Shown in pieces: positions 40,291 to 50,343 of a stretch of 64,000 nucleotides of DNA. The DNA is taken from positions 64,001 to 128,000 of the forward strand of contig JAXSPP010000001.1 in assembly GCA_037927135.1 (NCBI GenBank), given 5' to 3'. The notes under the pieces were generated by a model. That model did no database searches. It saw only the letters and a list, made by a program, of their open reading frames with translations, and was not told the origin of the DNA. Position 1 is the stretch's first letter; the number at the start of each line of letters is the position of its first letter. This stretch comes from Candidatus Pampinifervens sinense. GTDB taxonomy: Bacteria > Aquificota > Aquificia > Aquificales > Aquificaceae. The position numbers were made by a program, and so were the translations under genes.

Positions 40291-40415
40291 GTACAAAGTA
40301 GGCCAGATTTAGTTAAAGGGCTTTAGGATGTTTGCCCTGTGAAGATCTCTTGATTTGAGGTTGTATAAAAGAAGCAGTAACATTTAAGAAATAAGAAAAA
40401 AGAAGAAGATGGGCC

Positions 40416-41606
40416 ATGAGGGACTTTTTACTTTTTTTAGAAAAGAAGGATAAGTTTGCGGTGGGGCTCTTCAGGCAGTTCAACATTGAAGAAAGTCCAA
40501 ACAGGGTAGTCATCATCACCCCAACCCTTGAACAAAAAAGGTGGGTTATGGAGTATGTAAAGGCTAGACTTTCAGATTATGGAAAGGAGATCTTTGTTAA
40601 AGCTAGGGAGGAAGAAAGAAAGGAAAGCTTTGATTTTAAAGATGGATTACAGCAAAAGTATAGCTTTGAAAACTTTGTGGTTGGAAGGGCAAACGAATTG
40701 GCCTATAAGGTATGCCTTGAGGTCTCTTCCAATCCCGGTGCTTACAGCCCACTTTTTATCTACGGTGGAGTTGGCCTTGGAAAAACCCACCTTCTTCACG
40801 CCATAGGAAATAGGGCCAAATCCCTTGGCTATAAAGTCGCCTACAGACAGCTGAACGATTTTTCCGATGAGATGATAAAGAGTTTAAAGCAGGGTAAGAT
40901 GGAAGAGTTCAGGAGGCTGTACGCAAGCTTGGATATTTTGCTATTGGATGATGTACAGTTCCTTTCTGGTAAAGAGAGGACGCAGGTGGAGCTTTTTAGA
41001 ATCTTTGAAAGTCTTCAGGCAAGAGAAAAACAGATAGTCTTTGTGAGCGATAGGCATCCGAGGGACATGAAGGATGTTTCCGAAAGGCTTCTCAGCAGGT
41101 TTGCTAGCGGGCTTATACTGGAAATAGGTTTGGATGAGGACACAAAGCTGTCCATAGTTAAAAATAAGCTATTGCTCTTTGGACTTCCTTTGGACCAAAG
41201 GTACATAGATTATGTAATGGAAAACACTGGCTGGAGCGTAAGGGAGATAGAAGGCTTCATAAGGACATTAAAGCTTACGGGAATAAGGGAAGAGATAAAG
41301 GGAGGTGTGAAAAGGGAAGAGGAGCTCTTGGCCCTTATAGCCAAGCATTTTATGCTAAGCGTGGAGGATCTAAAGAAGGAGTCAAAGGAGAGGAAGATAA
41401 TAAGGGCAAGGCAGATAGCCATGTACTTTTGCAAAAAGCTACTTAGGATGAGCTACTCGGAGATAAGCAGGCTTTTTGGCAAATCTGATCATACATCAGC
41501 CCTTTATGCCATAAGGAAGGTGGAAGAAAAGAGGTACACCGACAAAAAGTTTGATTACATGCTTCAGGTTTTGGAAAAGAACCTAAGGAGGGTTATAAAG
41601 GAATAA
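40416..41606 (+). CDS. dnaA: Chromosomal replication initiator DnaA
   Basis: YSFENFVVG, GGVGLGKTH, LLDDVQF, RQIAMY and DHTS. Confidence 0.95.
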   Translation: MRDFLLFLEKKDKFAVGLFRQFNIEESPNRVVIITPTLEQKRWVMEYVKARLSDYGKEIFVKAREEERKESFDFKDGLQQKYSFENFVVGRANELAYKVCLEVSSNPGAYSPLFIYGGVGLGKTHLLHAIGNRAKSLGYKVAYRQLNDFSDEMIKSLKQGKMEEFRRLYASLDILLLDDVQFLSGKERTQVELFRIFESLQAREKQIVFVSDRHPRDMKDVSERLLSRFASGLILEIGLDEDTKLSIVKNKLLLFGLPLDQRYIDYVMENTGWSVREIEGFIRTLKLTGIREEIKGGVKREEELLALIAKHFMLSVEDLKKESKERKIIRARQIAMYFCKKLLRMSYSEISRLFGKSDHTSALYAIRKVEEKRYTDKKFDYMLQVLEKNLRRVIKE

Positions 41607-41617
41607 ATTTTATACAA

Positions 41618-43168
41618 ATGCTGGTAAGGTTAAGCCTTGAAAACTTTTTTCTCATAAAGGGTGAAGAGCTCCACTTTGATAAAGGGCTAAACGTGATAAC
41701 GGGTGAGACGGGAACAGGAAAGTCTCTCACTGTCTCTTCACTTCTATTCTTAATGGGTGAAGAGGGTGAATACCCAGAAGGCACATGCGTAGAGGCAGAG
41801 CTTTTCTCCGAGGGTGAAAGTGTGGTTTTAAGAAGGGAGATAGTAAAAGGAAGGAGCAGGTATTACCTTAATGGAAGGGGTAGCAACAGAAGGGTAGTAG
41901 AAGAAATCCTTTCTTCTCAGGTGCTTCTCCAGGGTCAGAACGATAGGACAAAGATAACACGCCTGGACTTTCAGAGGGATGTTTATGATAGGTTTGTGAA
42001 GGCACTTGAGGCAAGGAGCAGGGTGGAGAAGGTTTATGAGGAGGTTTTGGACCTAAGGGAAAGGCTAAGGAATATAAGAGAAAGGAGGATTGAAAGGGAG
42101 ATAAGGAGAAGACTCCTTGAGGAGGAGGTAAAAGAAATAGAAGGCATAGGCCTCTCTCCAGAGTCTTATGAGCAAGTCAAGAAAAGGCTTGAAGAGATAA
42201 ACTTGGCCGAAAGGATAAACAACCTTGTGCTTTCGGCCCTTTCTGGCCTTGAGGCAGGCGCAGAAGGTCTAAAGGTGGCAAGCAAGGCCCTAAGGGAACT
42301 TTCAAGCTTTAAAGATGTAAAGGAACAACTGGAAGGTCTTGAGCCAATAAGGGATGTGCTGTTTGAGATAGAGAGGTCTCTGAAGGCTATGCTTGTCTCC
42401 TACAGCCAAGAGGAGCTTGACAGCCTGAACGAGAAGGTCTTTAAGGTTCAAAGGCTTGAAAGAAGGTATGGCATGAGCTATAGAGAGCTTTGGGACCACA
42501 TGCAAAGGCTAAAGGAGGAGCTAAGGAAACTTGAGGAGGAAGAAAGCCCAGAGAAGCTGGAAGAAGAACTAAAAAGGAAGGAGGAGGAGCTTGAAAGGTT
42601 ATACGATGAGCTAAGCCAGATAAGGCAGAGGGGGAAGGAGGAGTTTGAAAGGAGGGTTTTGGAGTATTTAAAGGATATGGGGCTTGAGAGGGCAAGCTTT
42701 AGGGTGCATTTTGAAGAGAAGGCGGGAAGGTATGGTAAAGAGCAGGTAAAGTTTCTCTTCTCTTCCTATGGGAGGGATGAAAAAGAGATCTCCGATGTGG
42801 CTTCTGGTGGTGAGATATCAAGGCTTTCTCTTGCCCTCTTTATGCTTTCGCCACCTGCCCAGACCTACGTTTTGGATGAGGTGGATGCTGGCATAAGCGG
42901 TATTACTTCCATAAGGCTTGCAAAGCTTTTGAGGGAGCTTTCAAAAAACACCCAGCTTATAGTCATAACTCATCAGCCAGCGGTGGCTTGCGCAGGAGAC
43001 AAGCACTTTACTACAAAAAAAGAATACATGGGGGACATTCCCTTTATCAAAGTGGTTGAACTGCAAGAAGAGGAGCGCCTTGAGGAGATAGCAAGGCTTA
43101 TGGGGAAGGTGAATGAAAACACCCTAAGGGGTGCAAAGGACCTAATAAGGGAGGTTTGCGGTGTTTGA
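41618..43168 (+). CDS. recN: DNA repair protein RecN
   Basis: TGETGTGKS, coiled coil, ASGGEISR, LDEVDAG and ITHQP. Confidence 0.93.
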   Translation: MLVRLSLENFFLIKGEELHFDKGLNVITGETGTGKSLTVSSLLFLMGEEGEYPEGTCVEAELFSEGESVVLRREIVKGRSRYYLNGRGSNRRVVEEILSSQVLLQGQNDRTKITRLDFQRDVYDRFVKALEARSRVEKVYEEVLDLRERLRNIRERRIEREIRRRLLEEEVKEIEGIGLSPESYEQVKKRLEEINLAERINNLVLSALSGLEAGAEGLKVASKALRELSSFKDVKEQLEGLEPIRDVLFEIERSLKAMLVSYSQEELDSLNEKVFKVQRLERRYGMSYRELWDHMQRLKEELRKLEEEESPEKLEEELKRKEEELERLYDELSQIRQRGKEEFERRVLEYLKDMGLERASFRVHFEEKAGRYGKEQVKFLFSSYGRDEKEISDVASGGEISRLSLALFMLSPPAQTYVLDEVDAGISGITSIRLAKLLRELSKNTQLIVITHQPAVACAGDKHFTTKKEYMGDIPFIKVVELQEEERLEEIARLMGKVNENTLRGAKDLIREVCGV

Positions 43169-43835
43169 GGAGATATTAAAGATAAAGGAAAAGGTAAAGC
43201 CCTATGTGGATAGAAGATTATCTGAGTTTAAAGAGCTGGGGAAGAAGGGAAAAACCATCTTTGATTTTAGACCCTTTGCAGACTACGTGTATGAGGCAGA
43301 CCTTTTTTCCGAGCTTTGCTTTTGCATCCTTACCGCCAACTCTTCTGCCCTGATGGGTATAAAACTGCAGAAGACCATAGGCATAGAGGGCTTCAAAAGC
43401 ATGAGCTTGGAGGAGCTTGAAAAGGCCATATCTTCCGCAGGCCACAGGTTTGCCCGCCAAAGGGCAGAGAGGATAGTCAAGGCAAGGGAGAATTTTCATA
43501 AAGTGATGGAGCTTTTAAAGAACTCAAAGAATGCCAAAGAGATAAGGGAGCTTTTGAGCGATAGCTGTTCCAAGTATAAGGTGGAAGGTTTTGGCCTAAA
43601 GGAGGCCTCTCATTTTCTCAGAAACATAGGCTATGAAAACCTTGCCATAGTGGACAGGCATGTGTTCCGATACCTCAAAGAAAAGGGCCTTTTGCCAGAC
43701 TATAAGACCATCACAAGGAAGATATACCTTGAGGCGGAAAAAAGGCTTGAAGAGGTATGTGAAAGGCTTGGCATGACACAAGCAGAGCTTGACCTTTACG
43801 TTTTTTACTACAAGACGGGGAAGGTGTTGAAGTAG
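43161..43835 (+). CDS. ogg: 8-oxoguanine DNA glycosylase/AP lyase (OGG2 type)
   Basis: LCFCILTANSSA, GHRF, G.KEASHFLRN.G, DRH and TGKVLK. Confidence 0.92.
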   Translation: MFEEILKIKEKVKPYVDRRLSEFKELGKKGKTIFDFRPFADYVYEADLFSELCFCILTANSSALMGIKLQKTIGIEGFKSMSLEELEKAISSAGHRFARQRAERIVKARENFHKVMELLKNSKNAKEIRELLSDSCSKYKVEGFGLKEASHFLRNIGYENLAIVDRHVFRYLKEKGLLPDYKTITRKIYLEAEKRLEEVCERLGMTQAELDLYVFYYKTGKVLK

Positions 43836-43879
43836 CTTTATCCCTGCAACACCCCTTTTCTAATCCAAGTCTTTCAAGC

Positions 43880-44063
43880 TTTCCGCGAAGGGGTCAATGG
43901 GCCTATGCTTGTCTGAATTAGATGTATCAAGGCTCAGAAGCATTTTGACATTTTATCTCAATTCCCAACTGGAGGTTCGCGGAAAAACAACCCCACTTGA
44001 AGCACTTGACAAAATTCTAAAGTTGGTGTATTATCTGTATTAGCTTTAGGTGGTAGGTGGTGG
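43880..44063 (+). promoter_or_regulatory. CRISPR-type leader with inverted motif and promoter
   Basis: TTTCCGCGAA (43880-43889) and TTCGCGGAAA (43976-43985) form a perfect IR; TTGACA-17 nt-TATTAT at 44006-44034 points into the repeat. Confidence 0.6.
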
Positions 44064-44092
44064 GTTTTATCTGAACTGTGTGGGATGTAAAG
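44064..44092 (+). CRISPR. Solitary CRISPR repeat (no array)
   Basis: GTTTTATCTGAACTGTGTGGGATGTAAAG (29 nt) resembles thermophile type I-B/III repeats (GTTT...AAAG/C ends); only one copy seen. Confidence 0.65.
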
Positions 44093-44244
44093 CACTTTTT
44101 AGCATGAGTTTTTCAAAATCTTAAGAGGAGTGGAAGAGTAAGCAAAGGAAAATAAAGCATAAAAGCATAAATAGAGGTATTCCCTTTTTCGCTTTTCCAC
44201 AAGGCCTTTTACAAAAACAGCGCCATTAGCCTATATTTATTCCT

Positions 44245-44754
44245 ATGAGAACTATAAGCAAAGAACAGTTAAAGGAACTTTACGATAAGGACTTTCCACT
44301 GTGGGTAGAGATTAACTTAGAGCTTCTCAAGGAAAAAGCCTATGATTTGGTGGACTGGGAAAATCTCCTTGAGGAGATAGAGGATATGGCAAGGTCAGAT
44401 TTAAAAGCTTGTATTAGCTATTTAGCGGTTATTTTGGAACATCTTTATAAGTGGGATCACTTTAGAGAACTCACGAAGGCTGGGAAGGAAAGGGGAGGAC
44501 TAAGCTGGATAAGAAGTGTAGAGAATGCAAGGGATGAAATAGACGTGCTATTCTATAGATACCCAAGCCTAAGGCAAAAGCTACCAAAGGAGCTTCAGTC
44601 TGCTTGGGTTGAAGCCAGAAAGAACTTAAGAAGATGGTTAAGGGAATTGGGAGAGGATACGGACAAGTATTTTATTCCAGAAGATTGTCCATACACCTAC
44701 GAAGAGGCAATGACAAGAGATTTAAGGAAGGAGATGAAAAGGCTTAAAGAATAG
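44245..44754 (+). CDS. DUF29-family protein
   Basis: LYDKDF.LW, VDWENL.EEIE.M, HLYKW, W..S...AR, PSL and P..CPYT. Confidence 0.9.
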   Translation: MRTISKEQLKELYDKDFPLWVEINLELLKEKAYDLVDWENLLEEIEDMARSDLKACISYLAVILEHLYKWDHFRELTKAGKERGGLSWIRSVENARDEIDVLFYRYPSLRQKLPKELQSAWVEARKNLRRWLRELGEDTDKYFIPEDCPYTYEEAMTRDLRKEMKRLKE

Positions 44755-44765
44755 AATTATATCTC

Positions 44766-46373
44766 ATGAAGCTCTTTATAGTGGAGAGTCCTACTAAAGC
44801 TAAGACTATTGCCAAATATCTTGGGAAGGATTGGACAGTAAAAGCTACCTTAGGGCATATTAAGGATCTTCCTGAGGACCATCTTGGTATTGATGAGGAG
44901 ACCCTAAGGCCCACCTTTGTATGGATTAGAGGCAAAAAGGCCCTTATGGAGCAGATAAAAAGGATAGCTCAAAAGGCGCAGGCTATATATATAGGCACAG
45001 ACCCAGACCGAGAGGGAGAGGCTATTGCTTACTTTGTTTATAAAGAGCTGGAAAAGCTAAAGAAGCCCATAAGTAGAGTGGTCTTTTATGAGATAACAGA
45101 GCGCGCTATAAGGGAGTCTTTGCAGAATCCAAGGGATGTAGATATGAACCTTGTTAAGGCACAGTTTGCCAGAAGAATACTTGACAGGCTTATAGGTTAT
45201 AAGCTTTCACCCTACCTTTGGAAGGCCTTTAACAAGAATACCCTATCCATAGGCAGGGTTCAATCGCCAGCCTTAAGGCTTATTGTGGAAAGAGAAAAAG
45301 AGATACTAAGCTTTAGGAAAAAGGAGTATTACTACATAAAGGTCATCTTTGAAAAGGATGGGATAGAGTTTTCAGCCCTTTGGGACTATAGGTTTGAAAG
45401 GCCAGAAAATGCTAAGCCTTACCTTGAGAAGATAAAAGACGCTCTCTTTGAGGTGGTAGAGTATAAGGAGGAGAGAGAAAGAAAGCAACCGCCAGCACCT
45501 TTTATAACCTCAAGCTTGCAGGCTACAGCCAACAGTCTATTGGGGATGAGCGTGGAGGAGGTGCAAAGGATCGCCCAAAGGCTATACGAGGAAGGCTATA
45601 TAACCTATCCAAGAACAGACAGCCATAGGATGAATCCTCAGAAGGCAGAGGAGTTTATGAAATACATTGAAAGGGTTTATGGAAAGGGTTATGTGGGAAG
45701 GCTGAGAACCTTTAGGGATAGATCGGTGGCGCAGGGTGCTCATGAGTGTATAAGGCCTACTTCTATAGACTATCCACCTTTGCAAGGCAAAGAAAGAGAG
45801 TTGTATGAGCTTATACTGAGGAGAACTCTGGCCAGTCTTATGGCACCAGCCCTTCTTTTAAAGAAGAAGGCTGTTCTTGCACCGCTTTATGAGAGGAAAA
45901 AGGGAGAGAATATGATGTTTGTGGCTAAGGGTAGTGAGCTTGTCTTTGAAGGCTACCTTAAAGCCTACCCAGAAGGTTTGGAGCTTGTCAAACTTCCAAA
46001 CCTCAAAAGGGGTGAGATCCTAAAGCCCAAAAAGATAACCCTTGAAAAGAGGCAAACACAGCCTCCACCAAGGTATACGGAGGGTAGCTTGGTTAAAAAG
46101 CTTGAGGAGCTGGGCATAGGCAGGCCGTCCACTTATGCGGTAATAGTCAAAACGCTAAAAGAAAGGGGTTATATTGTGGAAGAAAAGGGTTATCTTAAGC
46201 CTACGGAGTTGGCCTTTAAGGTAATGGAATTCATACAGGAAAAGTTTCCAAAGGTTGTTGATTACAAGTTTACAGCGAAGATGGAGGAGGGCCTAGATAA
46301 AGTAGAGGAGGGGAAGGAGGATTGGAGGGCCTTGGTAAGGAGCTTCTTCTCTTCCATAGGGGAAGGTCTATAA
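44766..46373 (+). CDS. topA: DNA topoisomerase I (no C-terminal Zn ribbons)
   Basis: VESPTKA, DPDREGE, GRVQS, ITYPRTDS, AHECIRPT and GIGRPSTY. Confidence 0.95.
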   Translation: MKLFIVESPTKAKTIAKYLGKDWTVKATLGHIKDLPEDHLGIDEETLRPTFVWIRGKKALMEQIKRIAQKAQAIYIGTDPDREGEAIAYFVYKELEKLKKPISRVVFYEITERAIRESLQNPRDVDMNLVKAQFARRILDRLIGYKLSPYLWKAFNKNTLSIGRVQSPALRLIVEREKEILSFRKKEYYYIKVIFEKDGIEFSALWDYRFERPENAKPYLEKIKDALFEVVEYKEERERKQPPAPFITSSLQATANSLLGMSVEEVQRIAQRLYEEGYITYPRTDSHRMNPQKAEEFMKYIERVYGKGYVGRLRTFRDRSVAQGAHECIRPTSIDYPPLQGKERELYELILRRTLASLMAPALLLKKKAVLAPLYERKKGENMMFVAKGSELVFEGYLKAYPEGLELVKLPNLKRGEILKPKKITLEKRQTQPPPRYTEGSLVKKLEELGIGRPSTYAVIVKTLKERGYIVEEKGYLKPTELAFKVMEFIQEKFPKVVDYKFTAKMEEGLDKVEEGKEDWRALVRSFFSSIGEGL

Positions 46374-46383
46374 TATTAAAGCT

Positions 46384-46914
46384 ATGGAGAAGGCTAAGAT
46401 AGGTGTTTTGACCGTTTCAGACAGGGCAAGCAGGGGAGAGTATGAGGACATCAGCGGTAAGTATATCATAGAGTATCTGAAGGATGTTTTGACATCTCCT
46501 TTTGAAGTTGTATACAGAATTGTTCCAGATGAACAGGATCTGATAGAGGGAGCTCTTATCCATATGGCCGATGTGGAAGGGTGTTGTCTTATTTTGACCA
46601 CAGGCGGGACAGGCCCAGCGCCAAGGGATGTTACACCGGAGGCTACCATGAGGGTATGTCAAAAGATTCTTCCGGGGTTTGGAGAGCTTATGAGAGCTGT
46701 TTCCTTAAAGCAGGTGCCTACGGCCATCCTATCTCGCCAGATAGCAGGTATAAGAAACAAAACGCTTATCATAAACCTTCCTGGTAGGCCCCAATCCATT
46801 AAAGTATGCCTAGATGCGGTGTTTCCAGCCATACCTTACTGCATAGACCTTATAGGTGGTCCATACCTCACCACCGATGAAAGCAAGATAAAGGCCTTTA
46901 GGCCTTCAAAGTAG
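46384..46914 (+). CDS. mog: Molybdopterin adenylyltransferase
   Basis: SDRAS.G.YED.SG, TTGGTG..PRDVTPEA and LSRQ. Confidence 0.95.
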   Translation: MEKAKIGVLTVSDRASRGEYEDISGKYIIEYLKDVLTSPFEVVYRIVPDEQDLIEGALIHMADVEGCCLILTTGGTGPAPRDVTPEATMRVCQKILPGFGELMRAVSLKQVPTAILSRQIAGIRNKTLIINLPGRPQSIKVCLDAVFPAIPYCIDLIGGPYLTTDESKIKAFRPSK

Positions 46915-46915
46915 C

Positions 46916-47158
46916 TTACCTTTTTCTGTAAAACCTCAAAAGCTTTCCATCCCTCGCGTCAATTATGGCCGTTCCCTCCGTACCCCTTACCCTATAGTAG
47001 CATTCGCCGGTCTTTTTGTTCTGGGAAAGCTGTGTGGACTGGACTGTTCCAACATACTGCTTTGCACTGCTTATTGCCTGTTCTATGCTTATCACATTTG
47101 GACACTCTAGGGCAAAGGCACAGGCTAATGTAAAGAACATCATATACAAAAGCTTCAT
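46916..47158 (-). CDS. Small secreted PepSY-like protein
   Basis: Signal peptide, IS.EQAI..A and IDARDGK.L. Confidence 0.65.
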   Translation of the reverse strand: MKLLYMMFFTLACAFALECPNVISIEQAISSAKQYVGTVQSTQLSQNKKTGECYYRVRGTEGTAIIDARDGKLLRFYRKR

Positions 47159-47183
47159 CTCCCTTACCCCCTGTTTATATCAT

Positions 47184-47205
47184 AAGGGGCCAAAGGCCCC
47201 TTTTT
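47184..47205. terminator. Putative (bidirectional) terminator
   Basis: AAGGGGCC-AAA-GGCCCCTT hairpin followed by Ts, adjacent to the tpx stop. Confidence 0.6.
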
Positions 47206-47713
47206 ATAGGAGCTCTTTTACCTTTCCAACCACCTCGTCGTAGTTGGGCTCTTGAGTTATCTCCGGTACAAGCTGTATGTAAGCTATCTTACCTTCCTTA
47301 TCAACAACAAAGATAGCCCTTGCAAGTATGCCCTTTAGTGCTCCTTCTGATATAAGCACACCGTACTTTTCCATGTCCCTATAGCGAAAATCGGAGGCTA
47401 CCACCACATTGCCGATGTTGAAGCTTTCGCAAAATCTCTTTTGAGCGAAGGGAAGGTCCATGGATACCACATAAACCTCCACGCCTTCCATGCCCGCCAT
47501 AAGTTCGTTAAACTTCTTTGTCTCCGTTTCACATACTGGTGTATCAAGGGAAGGAACGGTTACGATAACTTGCACCTTATCCTTTTTACCGCCTATAGCT
47601 ATCTCCTGCAGATCCTTTGTGACCACATAGGCCACAGGAGCAGGGTCTCCTACCTTCAAAGTTGGTCCGCAAAGGGCCACAGGATTTCCCTTAAGATTTA
47701 CAGTCTGTGCCAT
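47204..47713 (-). CDS. tpx: Thiol peroxidase
   Basis: VPSLDTPVC, SMDLPFAQKRFC, LARA and EPNYD. Confidence 0.95.
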   Translation of the reverse strand: MAQTVNLKGNPVALCGPTLKVGDPAPVAYVVTKDLQEIAIGGKKDKVQVIVTVPSLDTPVCETETKKFNELMAGMEGVEVYVVSMDLPFAQKRFCESFNIGNVVVASDFRYRDMEKYGVLISEGALKGILARAIFVVDKEGKIAYIQLVPEITQEPNYDEVVGKVKELL

Positions 47714-47773
47714 GGTATAACCTCCTTTTGTTTTTTGGCTATTTTAAAGGTTTTCCTCTGATCCTTCTATGAT

Positions 47774-50332
47774 TTACATCACCGCTTCCTTCATTTTGCT
47801 TTCTGCTTCAGCTATGGTCAGCATAGTTTTTAGCACCGAGTCAGGGTTTAAAGATATGCTGTCAATGCCTTGCTCAACCAAAAAGACTGCAAAGTCTGGA
47901 AAGTCGGAAGGACCTTGTCCGCATATGCCTACCTTTTTGCCCTTCTCCTTTGCCACCTGTATAAGATGGGCTATAAACCTCTTTACCGCCTCGTTTCTCT
48001 CATCGTAAAGATGGGCCACGAGGCCCGAGTCCCTATCAATACCTAAGGTAAGTTGGGTAAGGTCGTTGGAGCCTATGGAAAAGCCGTCAAAGATTTCAGC
48101 AAACTTGTCCGCAAGGATAACGTTGCTTGGAAGCTCAGCCATCACATAAACTTCCAGGCCATTCTCCCCTCTCTTTAGACCATATTCTTCCATGACCTTT
48201 AGTACCTTTTCACCCTCCTCTGGTGTTCTGCAGAAGGGCACCATAACCTTTGTATTGGTAAGCCCCATCTTATTCCTTACCCTTAGTATGGCTTGACACT
48301 CAAGACCAAAGGCCTCTTTGTACGCATCCGAATAGTATCTTGAAGCACCTCTCCAGCCAAGCATAGGATTTTCTTCCTCTGGCTCAAAAAGCTCACCACC
48401 TATTAAGCCTTTATACTCGTTGGATTTAAAATCGGAAAACCTCACTATCACTGGGTTAGGATAGAAGGCTGCCGCTATTTTAGCAATACCGTAGGAGAGC
48501 TTTTTGACAAAGTATTGTGCCTTGTCCTCATAACCAAAGGTAAGGTTTTCTATATCCTCTATAAGCTTTTGAAGGTTTATCTGCTTTCTATCTTTGCCTT
48601 TTGCCAACTTTTCTGAGAGGGGTGGTTTGGCATATCTGTATATGGTTGACATGCTTACATTACCCTTTTCGTCCAAAAGGCCTTGTGCCTTTAACTCTTC
48701 GTAAAGCCCCTTTATCTCCTCATAATGAAGCAGTGCCAATGGATGTATCTTTATGTAGTTGGCTATTATGAACTCTTCCCTTGCCAAACCTACACCATCG
48801 TTGGGTATGGAAGAGTATTTGAAGGCTGACTCTGGATTTCCAACGTTCATCATAATCTTTGTGCGGGTTTTGGGAAGGCTTTCAAGGTTTATCTCCTCCA
48901 CCTGATAGGGTACATACCCTTCATAAACATAGCCTATTTCTCCTTCTGCACAAGAAAGGGTCACCTCCATGCCAGTTTTTAGTATCTCAGTGGCCTTATG
49001 GGTTCCTACCACAGCAGGAATGCCTAGCTCCCTTGCCACTATGGCTGCATGGGCCGTTCTCCCACCCCTGTTGGTAATTATACCTGAGGCCTTCTTCATT
49101 ATAGGCTCCCAGTCTGGGTCTGTTATGTCGGTGACGAGTATCTCTCCCTCTTGAAACTGTCCGGCGTCCTTCAGATCATGAATTACCCTCACCCTTCCAT
49201 GGGCTATCTTATCCCCTACCGCTATACCGTAAACTATCCTCTTTTTTATCCTCTCTTCCAAGGGCTCTGTAAACTTATAAACCTTTAGAATGTTGGCCTC
49301 CTTCCTTGAATGTACCGTTTCTGGCCTTGCCTGCACTATAAAAAGCTGGTTAAGAAGGCCATCCTTTGCCCATTCTATATCCATAGGCATCCATCTTCCA
49401 TTCTTCTTTGAGTAGTACTCCTCTATAAGTATGCCCCACCTTGCCAGCTGTAGTATCTCATCGTCGGATAAGGCAAAGCGTTTTTGCTCTTGCAGAGGCA
49501 CATTTACGATCTTTACCCTCTCTTGACCCACACCGTATACCATCTTCCTGTCCTTTCTTCCCAACTTCTTCTCTATTATGGCCGAGTAGCCTGCCTGCAG
49601 GGTAGGCTTGAACACCATGTATTCATCTGGGGTCACCATACCTTGCACAAGAAGCTCTCCAAGGCCATAAGAGGCGTTTATGACCACCACATCCTTAAAG
49701 CCCGATTCTGTATCTATGGTGAACATCACCCCAGAGGCTCCAAGGTCAGACCTTACCATCTTTTGGATACCCATGGCTATACCTACCTTAAAGTGGTCAA
49801 AGCCGAAGGATTCTCTGTAGGATATGGCCCTATCGGTAAAGAGGGAGGCAAAGCCATTTTTCACAGCTGTGAGCACATTTTCAGCACCCACCACGTTAAG
49901 GTAGGTCTCTTGCTGTCCTGCAAAGGAGGCGTGGGGTAGGTCTTCTGCCGTTGCTGAAGAACGCACAGCCACATCCACAGCAAAGGAACCATACCTTTCA
50001 GAAAGCTTTTGATAATACTCTTTTATCCCTTCCTCTATCTCTTTAGGGAAGTCTCCACCCTTTATAAGCTCCCTTATTTGATGTCCTCTTCTTGCAAGGT
50101 CCTCCACGTTTTTAGGGTCTAGGCCCTTCAATATTTTCCTTATTTCCTCCTCCAGCCTATTGTACCTTAGAAATTCGTAATAACATTCGGAGGTGACTAC
50201 AAAGCCATAAGGAACATTTACACCTAGGGAAGAGAGGTTTCTTATCATCTCACCTAAAGAAGCGTTCTTGCCCCCCACCAAGGGTATGTCTTCAATACCC
50301 ACTTCATCTAACCAAACTAAATACTTCTTCAT
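47774..50332 (-). CDS. ppsA: Phosphoenolpyruvate synthase
   Basis: GGKNASLGEM, VRSSATAED, GGRTAHAAIVARE, EENPMLGWRG and SIGSNDLTQ. Confidence 0.96.
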   Translation of the reverse strand: MKKYLVWLDEVGIEDIPLVGGKNASLGEMIRNLSSLGVNVPYGFVVTSECYYEFLRYNRLEEEIRKILKGLDPKNVEDLARRGHQIRELIKGGDFPKEIEEGIKEYYQKLSERYGSFAVDVAVRSSATAEDLPHASFAGQQETYLNVVGAENVLTAVKNGFASLFTDRAISYRESFGFDHFKVGIAMGIQKMVRSDLGASGVMFTIDTESGFKDVVVINASYGLGELLVQGMVTPDEYMVFKPTLQAGYSAIIEKKLGRKDRKMVYGVGQERVKIVNVPLQEQKRFALSDDEILQLARWGILIEEYYSKKNGRWMPMDIEWAKDGLLNQLFIVQARPETVHSRKEANILKVYKFTEPLEERIKKRIVYGIAVGDKIAHGRVRVIHDLKDAGQFQEGEILVTDITDPDWEPIMKKASGIITNRGGRTAHAAIVARELGIPAVVGTHKATEILKTGMEVTLSCAEGEIGYVYEGYVPYQVEEINLESLPKTRTKIMMNVGNPESAFKYSSIPNDGVGLAREEFIIANYIKIHPLALLHYEEIKGLYEELKAQGLLDEKGNVSMSTIYRYAKPPLSEKLAKGKDRKQINLQKLIEDIENLTFGYEDKAQYFVKKLSYGIAKIAAAFYPNPVIVRFSDFKSNEYKGLIGGELFEPEEENPMLGWRGASRYYSDAYKEAFGLECQAILRVRNKMGLTNTKVMVPFCRTPEEGEKVLKVMEEYGLKRGENGLEVYVMAELPSNVILADKFAEIFDGFSIGSNDLTQLTLGIDRDSGLVAHLYDERNEAVKRFIAHLIQVAKEKGKKVGICGQGPSDFPDFAVFLVEQGIDSISLNPDSVLKTMLTIAEAESKMKEAVM

Positions 50333-50343
50333 GTCCTACCTCC

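Noticed and set aside
40291-41617. oriC beside dnaA
   Set aside because: The flanks are short, with only isolated mismatched DnaA-box-like words, no box cluster and no dnaN.
44064-44244. A multi-repeat CRISPR array
   Set aside because: Only one repeat copy is visible; it is reported as a solitary unit.
48540-48740. Extra segment in PpsA as an intein
   Set aside because: Only about 50 aa with no intein terminal motifs; more likely a lineage-specific insertion.
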